A stretch of DNA of 20,000 bases. Source: Toensbergia leucococca (Eukaryota). A program made the translations under genes and the position numbers. The stretch is taken from the NCBI GenBank assembly GCA_022813965.1, contig JALDZS010000047.1, positions 117,003 through 137,002 on the forward strand, read 5' to 3'. Shown here piece by piece: positions 11,037 to 20,000 of the stretch. A model generated the notes under the pieces. That model made no database searches. It worked only from the letters and a program-made list of their open reading frames with translations, and had not been told where the DNA came from. Each line of letters opens with the position of its first letter. Position 1 is the first letter of the stretch.

Positions 11037-14000
11037 TGTCAGAATCAGGCTTAGAGTCTAGTCATGAGAGTATAATGAATGAGAAGACTAAGACTAAGAA
11101 AGAAAAGTATTTAGATGATAAGTGTTTACATACAAATACTCTCACATGATAGTGTTAGACTCAATGTAACTAAGGTGTGTGTCAATGCTCTTAAATCAGT
11201 GTTGAGAGCTTAGTGAGTCAGCTGAGTCATAACATTACCTTCTCTCACAACTAAGCAATGCCCTTATTGCTTTTAAGATCTCAGCATACTTTTAGCTTTA
11301 GTTTATCCTTCTTGTCTATTATCTGTTGTAAGTTCTATTCTTCAAGTTTTATTCTCTGAGTTCTTATTCTCTGAGATATAGCCTATATTCTAACTCTTTT
11401 CTTTATACCTTTGCCTGATAATGTATAAGATTGATAAACAATAAGATATGAAGGATTCTGAGTGTTAGAGATTTAACTCATTTTGTCTGTAAATTACTTG
11501 TAATTCTCTAAGAGGTAGTTACTTTGCATAGCTCTGAATTCATTGATTTTGCATGCTAGAAATTGACTGAGAATTTATCTGACTTAGTATATGAATCAAT
11601 AGCGAGTTTCTAAGAGTTCTAATATTATAATTTAAAATTACCTGACTTTGCCTGCATATGAATCACTAAAAAATCACGTCATTTTGCATGCAAAAGCCTT
11701 GTCTTATTCCCTTGCTAGTCAGAGGCAATGTAGGAGCTTAGAATGTACTTAAAAGTCATGCTTTTTATACTTAGAGACTTTTCAAATTTGGTAGGTAGAC
11801 TTATTACATTATCTTCATAAAAGATCAGTTTAATAACTCTGAATCACATGCTTTTGTCTGCAGTCAAATCATTAAAGAATTATGAGATTTGATAGATCAT
11901 TTAATTTCTTTATCTCTGTGCAGGTTAGAAGCTTGAAATCAGAACTGATGAATTTATAAAATATTCAATTTCAGCGTTAGAAATTCATTCAATTTTGTAT
12001 GCAATTTAGTAGCTTCTGATAGCCTACTTCTCTCTTTAGAAAAGTGATGACTCTATCACTGAAGACCTCAATCTAAGTCTTTAGACCTGATACTGACATT
12101 GATTTATTTATCTTGTTCTTATTCTCTGAGTTATAGCTTTAGTCTTAGCTCTTTTGTCTTATGCCTTGCTTAATAAGGTATCTGATAAGTGAGGTCAGTA
12201 ATTGTTAAGAAATAAGGCTGATAGATAATAAGGCATGTGACTGCAACTGATAAGATATAAAGGATTCTAAGTGCTGAAAATTCACTAAAAATAGGCTTGA
12301 TTTTCATGCTTTCAAATTGCATGATTTTGTCAGCATGAGAATCACTAAAAAATCATGTTATTTTACCTGCAAAAGCCTTGTCTTATCTTTATAATATTTA
12401 GAGGCAATGCAGAAGCTCTGAATCATACTCAAAAATTGTGCTTTTTATGTCTAAAAACTTTGTCAAGTTTAGTAAGTAAACTCATTACAATTCTTTAATA
12501 AAAGATCAGTCTAGTAGCTTGAAATTACATGACTTTGCTTAATAGCTTAGAATTACATAAATTTGTCTAGTAGCTTGAAATCACATGAATTTGTCTAGTA
12601 GCTTAGAATCACATGAATTTGTTAGTATGCAAATCACTAAAAAATCATGCAATTTAATAGGTTATTTGACTCCTTCATCTTCATGTAGGTTAAAAGCTTT
12701 AGAGTTAAAAATAATAAATTTATAAAATATTCAATTTCATTGTCAGGAATTCATTCAATTTTGTATGTCATTTTGTATGTCATTCAGTATGTTATTTTCT
12801 TCTTCAAATAAGTAATGACTCTATCACTAAAGATTTAGATCTCAGTTTCTAAACCTGATACTAACATTGATTTATTCTTTTTGTTCTCATTCTCTGAGTT
12901 GTAGTTCTTGTTCTAGCTCTTTTCAATATACCTTGCTCAATAAGATATAAAGAAAAAGGTATGTGACTAAAGAAGAATTCTGAGTGTCAAAAATTCACTA
13001 AAAATAGGTTTGATTTATATGCTTCTGAATTGCATGATTTTGTTAGCATGTGAATCACTAGAGAATCATGTCATTTTACTGATCAAAGTCTTGCCTTTTC
13101 TTCAGGCTATTCAGAGGCAGTTGAGAAGCTTAGAATTTTACTCAAAAGTCATAATTTTTATACTAAGAGACTTTTGAATTTTATACTAAGAGACTTTTGA
13201 ATTTAATAGATATACTCATCAAATTATTTTTATAAAAGATCAGTCTAGTATCTTGAAATCATATGCTCTTGTTAGAATCACTTAAAGAATCATGCAATTC
13301 AGAAGACAATTTTGTTTCTTTATCTTCATGCAATTTGAGGGGTCTCAGAATCATAAATCATAAATTCTTGAAGTATTCAATTTGAGTAACAGAAATTTAT
13401 TCAATTTTGTATGTGATTTTATCACTTTATCTCTTTTTAAGTTCATGCTCTTATGCTCACAGCTCACCGACTGTACTCTATAGTTTCTCTCTAAACTCTA
13501 TTATTATGTGATAAAAGCTACTAAAGAAGATAAAGAATTAAAAATCATAAAAGGTAAAGAATTAAAAAGATGACACATTGAAAGACTCTTATTAATAATT
13601 TTTCTATAAGTAGATGTCAAATCATTCTTGTCATGTCATTATAGCAGACTCACTATTAGTGTTCAGTATTGATGGTCATTTTAGTTGCCATTCAGCACAT
13701 TCTTATCATATTAATATTTAGTGTTAATGTCATTTCTGATTGTTATTCAGTACGTTCTTTATAACACATCAGCCTGATTGTTATTCAGCATGTTATTTGT
13801 CAAAAGTAGTAGATGTTGCAGTAGTGTTATTATCAGAAAGCTGTCTGCAGAGCATGATTCAGATAAGGTCTTTTTTCTTGCAGTAGCTGTTAACATGATC
13901 CTCTGTTAAGACATGACTTAGAGATAGAAACAGAATTTGTATTGACATGATCACTGCAATGCATTAGAGATTAAAAACAGAAGATAGGTGTTAACATGAT

Positions 14001-14570
14001 CACTGCAATAAATTAGAGGTCAGAAACCGAATTTTGTGATCATCACAATGAGTCAAAATATGAGGTGTTAACATAATCACTGCAATGACTCAGAGATCTG
14101 AACATAAGATATTTCACAGTAATTATTTAATGTCATTACCTGCATAATCTATGTTATAATGAGAGGTTTAAGATACTGACTCAGAGTCATCTGTCTCAGA
14201 TAAGCTCCTGCCTAATAGTTCTGTCTTCTCAGACTTTAGTTTACTTCTTTCTATCACTTAATCAGTCATTTAGTAGTGTTCAAGTCAGTTGTGCAGCTTC
14301 TTTCTACATTTTTCATCATCTGCACTCAATGTTAGAAGTTTACTTTCTCTAAAAGATAAAGTCTTAGTCTAATATTAGAATTAGGCTTAGAGTCTAGTCA
14401 TAAGAGTATGATTAATAAGAAGACTAAGACTAAAAAAGAAAAGTATTTAGATAATGAGTGTTTACATACAAATACTCTTAGGTGACAGCGCTAGACTTAA
14501 TGTGACTAAGGTGTGTGTTAATGCTCTTAAATTAGTGTTAAGAACTTAGTAAGTCAGCTGAGTCATAACA
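11037..14570 (-). mobile_element. Non-autonomous LTR retroelement A (3534 bp; 198-bp LTRs at 11037-11234 and 14373-14570; TSD TATGT)
   Basis: Collinear direct repeats TGTCAGAATC..CATAACA and TATTAGAATT..CATAACA differing by transitions. TATGT at 11032-11036 and 14571-14575. Purine tract on the minus strand next to the left LTR (~11235-11248). The LINE RT frame rejoins across the insertion. No pol motifs seen. Confidence 0.92.
11361..13420. repeat. About 2.7 tandem copies of a ~760-bp unit inside element A
   Basis: TTCT(T/C)ATTCTCTGAG..CCTTGC blocks at ~11361, ~12115 and ~12885; AAATCA(C/T)GT(C/T)ATTTT..CAAAAGCCTTGTCTT-like blocks at ~11670, ~12350 and ~13063. Smaller tandem repeats at ~12510-12620, ~12760-12795 and ~13155-13200. 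Confidence 0.85.
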
Positions 14571-15464
14571 TATGTTTATGTTCACCTTAATCAGCTCAGA
14601 GATGCAATTATTTAACTAAATAATAATGCATCTATGTCTTAAAAAACTCTGTATTTAGTTATTAATACTCTTATTTATGCATCTCTTTTAAAGATTGTAA
14701 ATTAGTCATAGATGTGACACATAATCAAAAGTCTCTAAGATACTTAATAATAGTATGCTCATTATCTCACTATTAATTTAAGCTGTATAAATTCACTTCA
14801 TCACTATATAAATAGTATACTCAGTGAAGGTCTGTTTTCTATCTTTTTAATGTCTTTAAAGCAATAGACTGTGTTTTTTAACTAGATAACTGATTCTGTT
14901 TATAAGTATCTTGTTTAGAACTTTTTTTAATGTGTTTAGTAATGCTATTGATTTATATAACTTTATTTAAGAATAATTCTTCTTAACTAACTTATAAAGT
15001 ATCACTGTGACACTGTTTTAGAAGTGCTTAGAGCAGTAACTTATAATAAGACATGCATTAAATAATAATATTAATCTATGAAGTATGTGAGAAAGAGTCA
15101 GATATAAAACAAGATTAAGAATTCTATTAGTTTCTGATGTTTTTTTTCTAACACACTTAAAATTACCTTTCATATCTCAGAGATAATAATCAGAAGAAGT
15201 TTTAGTTTAAAAGAGAATTTGTAATCAATGAGATTCTTTAAATCAGTCTTCAGTAAGAGAAAAAAGAAAGATTAAGTTAGAATATGAGTTTTGTTATTGA
15301 TTTCAGTAATGAGTTTCTTATTAACTTTAGTTAAAGAGAGTGTATATGCTTGTCTGAGAGCATAATTATTTACTTATTTTGCTAACTTTTATAGTCTCTT
15401 AGAAGCGCTAAATGCCTTCTTTACTCTTTTTCTATAAGTCTTCTTTAGAGTCATCTTTATTAAT

Positions 15465-15628
15465 TGTTACAGTGCTTTTCTAGGGCTAGAGTAATTAGGT
15501 GAGAATAGATGAGTCAGCAACTCTAAGTAACTTGATATTATTATAATATATTTAGTGACTTCACACCTAAATAGTTAGACATCTTTTAATTACACTCAGA
15601 ATTTTAAATCTTAGAAGAGACTCTTACC
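15465..15628 (+). mobile_element. Solo LTR of family B (164 bp; TSD TTAAT)
   Basis: Collinear with 16863-17026 and 19080-19243. TTAAT at 15460-15464 and 15629-15633. Terminal CA has become CC. Confidence 0.9.
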
Positions 15629-16862
15629 TTAATCTTCTCTTTTAATTTCTAATCTTCTAATATTGCTCTTATACATCTTCTGTATAAAGACATTAATACT
15701 GATATTAACAGATCTTCTTGCATTATTTAGTTTACTCTGATCATATGTGAGAGCGGTTTTCAATTATAAGAGTAAAGACTTTAATAAACTAAATAATAGC
15801 TATAATTAAGTCTTTAATATTAAAATTGATCACTTTTACTGAATTTAAAGATTCAGTAATAATATAATGTAATTGATTTAATAAGAAATTTATGAATTTC
15901 TTTTTATTTATCTTCTTTCATTATCTTTTACTTTTCTTATAACTTATTATCTTTCTTATTCTTACTGTTATTTTCACTGAGTAGTAATCTGAATTATAAT
16001 CTAGATCATATCTGACCTTATAGTAAATAATCTGATTTATAATCTCTTTAGTAATAAGTAATAAATTGATAATAGTTTCAGAATTTTTATTGTTCTTATA
16101 TGTATGAGTTTCTGAGGAGAGCAGTAAGTTTAGTTATTTCTTCTTTATTACCTTTAGAAGTTAATCTATTTCAGAGTGTTAATAAGAGTATTTTATGCCT
16201 GCTTAACACAGATAATAAAGGTTAAAGTCACTAATTATCATGTGATTATTTTTGCAGTCATTATTTTAAAGTGTGTTTTATAATTACTTTAAAGACTTAT
16301 AAAAATTTCTAAGATTCAGTGAAGAATTATATATGTTATATATGTGTATTCTCTGAGTAGTATTTTTCTGTTAGTAAAGAAACACATTCTTGTCTGTTTA
16401 TTCTGCTTATATACTAAATAAAACTAATTAATTGCTAAATTATGTGTGATATAGCTAAATGAGTTTCTTTATTATTTTTGTATAGTTAATAAGTTGAACT
16501 TTTAGACCTTCTTATTTTAAAGAAGAATTATTATTATCTTATTCTTTGATTTTATGATGTTATACTATAGAATGAATAAAGTTAATTTACTAGACACTCA
16601 GATATGTTAAAGAAATCATCTTTACGCAATTCTAAAAAATAATCACATTAGTATTTTATGTTTCTTTTCTTTATGTTATTTAACTATTAGTAATAGTGAT
16701 AATAATAATCTTATTCTCTTTATTCTTATTATTTTCTTTCTTTCTTTTATCTCTCTTAGTCTAATTAACTACCTTCTTAATGAAGAAGTTAGATATCTTC
16801 TTAATAAAAGAATTTACTATCTCTTAAACAGAGAAGTTTACTGATATCTTACTCAAAGATGA

Positions 16863-19243
16863 TGTTATGATGCTTTCTTAGGGCTAGGGTAGTTAGGTGA
16901 GGTTAGATAAGTCAGCAACTCTAAGTGACTTGACATTATTATGATATATCTAGTGACTTTGCATCTAAATAGCTGCACATCTTCTATTTACACTCAGAAT
17001 TCAGAATCTCAAAAGAGACCCTTACAAATGATAGCAATAGTAGTATTTTAGTTGCTTATCAAGTTTCTCATCATTGACTGAGAACCTATCATTCAACTTA
17101 TTATTGACTGAGTAGAAGTCTCAGATAATTCTACTTATCAAAGAACTACATTCTCACCCTTAAATTTCTCATAGATTGATTGTTCTCTCAATCTATCAGC
17201 AATCTCTTAGCTTTAGCTTACCTCTAAATTCAATTCTTTATCTAAATTGAATTCACTACCTAAATTCAATTCTTTATCTAAACCTGTGAAAATAGCATGA
17301 TCAACTCACCTTTACCGCCTTTCTTTGACACTGCTGCTCAAATATCATGAAATCAATCATCTAGCTTCATTACTATGAAACAAGAGCTCAAGAAATAAAT
17401 TACTGAAGAAGTAGAATATTGTAAACCTGACCGTACAGATACTGACAGAATGTTCACCTCTAGATATACTTTCTATAAAGATATCTATACCTATATTGAT
17501 TACCTTCAAGACCTTAAAAAGATGTGAGAAGAAGAGAAATTGAGGAGAGTAATATTACAGACCTTCTAAGAGTCAGCAATTAAATGATACACCGCAGAAC
17601 TCACTGAACTGAAAAAGAGATTAATGCTAAAATGCGCTCTAAAAGACTATGATGATATATTAGTTAAAAGGTTTAACACATGCAAGCAAATATTCTTTCA
17701 GAAACGTGTGTAGGAGTATTACAAGCAAAAAGAGCAAGAGAAATGCATGATCATACCTTCTACATCTCCTTTAACTTCTCTTTTAGTGATGACTTTATTG
17801 CCTTCAACATTCTCATGTTGACAATGCTCTGGGCAACTACTTATCTTTAAGTGTTATCTCATGAAAAATGCATGATCAGGTAGAACCTCAAGAGTCAATC
17901 AATCACATCAATATAATGATAATAGTAATGAATCTACTGTGAATGATCAGAAGGTACTATGCAAGACATGTGAGCTAAAATTTTCATCAAAAAACCTTAT
18001 GCACAAGCACATCAGAAAGGCGCATGTGAAGACAGTGATCAAGTTAGTAACTCAATTTAAGTTAGTTACATCAAGTTCTTCATCAATATCTATCTCAACA
18101 TCTCTTACTATATCATCATCTGTCATCTCTATCTCTCTCATTATGACAGTTACCTTCATCACATCTACACTAATAGCTTCTTTTCTCTCATCAGCTTTCT
18201 CTGTCATTTTAGACAATGAGGACACCTATTCTGAGTTTAGTGAGTTTAGTGATTCTGAGTTCAGTGAGTTCAGTGAGTTCAGTGATTTTGAGTTCTGTGA
18301 GTTTAGTAAGATCAGTAAGATCAGTGAGATCAGTGAGACTAGTAAGATCTCCTTCATTTTTGACTTGATTTCAGGCTCAATTTTCAACTTTATTTGTGAT
18401 TTCAAATCTGACACCATTGTGATCAGTGTGTATGATGATGAAGACACATCAAAAGCACTCAAGATAGCTTTGACTAGTTCTACCATTCATTCTACTGTCA
18501 TAATTATCACATATATCTTATCAATTATGAAACTTATAATCTGAGATCTAACTTATAATTCATGAGCCTCAATGTGTAAAGACAAATTGCTGAATTTACA
18601 TACTAAATAAAATTCATCTCTGACCTCAAAAACATGACTTCTAGACATGAATTCATGCACTCAAATTAGTTCAAAATCACTAAGAAATAAGGTGGCATTT
18701 TGGCTTGTAAAAATACAGGAAACCCTAGTGACTTGCAGGCACGTCAAAACATCAGAATTGACTACCCTGTGTAGAGAAATTGTGACGCACCTACCTACTA
18801 AATCTCATGGATCTCTAGTCATTTGTCAGCGTGTAAATCAATTCAAATAAATACCTTCAAAACTGATGACTTTCTACAGAAAATCAGCCGCTATTTTGCC
18901 TATAAAATCAGTCAAATCTCTAATACCTACTTAGAGTTTCATGAATTCTCACCTCTGATTACCTCATTATTGTGATCTGAATAAATCATAAAGAAATAAG
19001 AGCATGAAACATACAATTTTAAGAGCAAGATCATGAAAAATTCATGAGAGCATAAAGTAATCTTTTTGTGATAAGCAATTGTTACAGTGCTTTCTTAGGG
19101 CTAGGGTAGTTAGAGAAGGTTAGATGAGTCAGCAACTCTAAGAGACTTGATATTATTATGATATATTTAGTGACTTTACACCTAGATAGCTGCACATCTT
19201 TGATTTACACTCAGAATTAAGAATCTCAAAAGAGACCCTTACA
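16863..19243 (+). mobile_element. Non-autonomous LTR retroelement B (2381 bp; 164-bp LTRs at 16863-17026 and 19080-19243; TSD GATGA)
   Basis: TG..CA direct repeats. GATGA at 16858-16862 and 19244-19248. Candidate PBS aaTGATAGC at 17027-17035, one transition from the tRNA-iMet complement TGGTAGC. One internal ORF relic and no room for pol. Confidence 0.92.
17297..18544 (+). pseudogene. Gypsy-type gag N-terminal relic + C2H2 zinc finger + low-complexity tail of element B
   Basis: One frame from ATG 17297 to the end of the 17939..18544 ORF, with scattered stops: EEVEYCKPD, FYKDIYTYIDYLQDL, TF*ESAIK*YTAELTELKK..LVKRF (fungal gypsy gag-like), then CKTCELKFSSKNLMHKHIRKAH. 9-bp repeats at ~18226-18350. 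Confidence 0.72.
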
Positions 19244-19248
19244 GATGA

Positions 19249-20000
19249 CTTCTTATCTTTATTTTATGTTATTTGCATCAGACTAAACCTCTTTTTATTT
19301 ACCTTATGTCTCAATATCTTATACATTACAATTTTTTTATTTATAGTCTTCTTAAGACTAAACTTTAAGATTCTTTTAGATCTTTATGTTAATGTCTCTG
19401 AGTTTTCTCTTAAATCTTTCACTTTTACTTTTACTTTAGTTATTTCTTATTATATCTTTGCCTCACTAACATGATAAGTGTTAGTAAAACTGAGTGATGT
19501 GTTAATTAATTTATCTTTATTTTATTTAAACATTAATATTTCTTTCTACAATTCAGATAAGATTTAACTTAGACTGTATGTTTGTCTTTATTAAAGGTGC
19601 ATTTCTTGTCATCACAATTAATGCATAATATCATGTTATAATTGTCAGTGCAGTTCTCACATTTCTAATTAACTACTGTGTATTCAGTTCTGATATGATA
19701 ATATTTATAATATCTAAAGCATTGTTTCAGATAATAAGCTTTATTATAATATATATAGTCTCTTATTTTGAAGTTAATAATAACTTCTTTATCTATTACT
19801 CTGTTTGTGTCTTTTAATTTATTAAATTCTACTATTATAAAAGAAGGTCTTCTTAATTATCACTGATCTTATTAATCATATTATATACTTTATGCTCATA
19901 TTTAAGAAGTTAAATGCATTTTTATTTTTTAGTTTAATAGTCATCTTAAGATTACTAAGATCATTATTATTAATCTTAATTCTGTTAAATAAAACTTCAT
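19249..20000 (-). pseudogene. LINE ORF1 (gag-like) relic; continues at ~16600-16862 on the other side of element B
   Basis: Degraded knuckles QCFRY..YYH, KCENCTDNYNMILC and KCTFNKDKHTV*, upstream of ORF2 on the same strand. Confidence 0.7.

Larger units (their letters stand above)
9092..16597 (-). pseudogene. LINE ORF2 relic (AP endonuclease - RT - RNase H - CCHC)
   Basis: EN: IL*YNIIKS, HMIISDFNLYY (cf. GDFNLHH), SDYYS (cf. SDH.P). RT: YKSIALLNTLKK, ILETFDYVSH, NILQNLLLLLILYLFYN (cf. GIPQGSPLSPILYLFYN), EFINN (cf. GF.DD). RNase H: VYTNKSKI, IIFTDN, LH*VLIY. C-terminus: QIRTEKINLRKF..CKCK..QSVRHILLMC. Most deviations from consensus fit C>T or G>A changes. Confidence 0.9.
7100..20000. other. 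AT-rich compartment shaped by RIP-like mutation
   Basis: CpG nearly absent, GG/CC scarce, TE frames full of TAA/TGA/TAG, and LTR copies differ mostly by C/T and G/A transitions. Confidence 0.9.
8832..20000 (-). mobile_element. Heavily mutated Tad1-like LINE interrupted by three LTR insertions; 5' end lies beyond the window
   Basis: Minus-strand remnants in LINE order: ORF1 Cys/His knuckles (~19550-19740), endonuclease, RT, RNase H, C-terminal CCHC. Candidate 3' end is AATAAA followed by an (ATT)n tail at ~8832-8860; this boundary is tentative. Confidence 0.9.

Noticed and set aside
12510..12620. CRISPR-like repeats of about 29 bp
   Set aside because: Contiguous tandem repeats without unique spacers, inside a eukaryotic retroelement.
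16863..17031. LTR 16863-17026 as a solo LTR with TSD GATGA/AATGA
   Set aside because: The exact GATGA follows the 19243 LTR end; AATGATAGC is better explained as a mutated PBS ahead of gag.
1..20000. Starship giant element
   Set aside because: The cargo-like gene content is compatible, but no tyrosine-recombinase captain or boundary is visible in this window.

Overview
Filamentous-ascomycete (Pezizomycotina-like) DNA in two compartments. Bases 1-~7000 are GC-balanced and hold three genes. (i) A minus-strand HET-domain gene (1552 to <1) broken by two frameshifts. (ii) Head-to-head with it, an intact five-exon gene (2238-5546, ~1030 aa by my splice model) that looks chimeric: one CENP-B-type HTH, an RTG3/USF-like bHLH with its downstream block, and an uncharacterised C-terminal domain ending in two hydrophobic segments. 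(iii) A class I SAM methyltransferase (6004-6925) with one in-frame TGA. Bases ~7100-20000 are AT-rich and degraded by RIP-like mutation. They contain a minisatellite and a minus-strand Tad1-like LINE carrying three nested insertions, each with an exact 5-bp target-site duplication: a 3.5-kb pol-less LTR element with a self-priming-type PBS, a solo LTR, and a 2.4-kb pol-less gag/C2H2 element. The two LTR families have unrelated LTRs but share a homologous ~400-bp 3' module. All domain calls come from motif recognition by eye; no searches were run.
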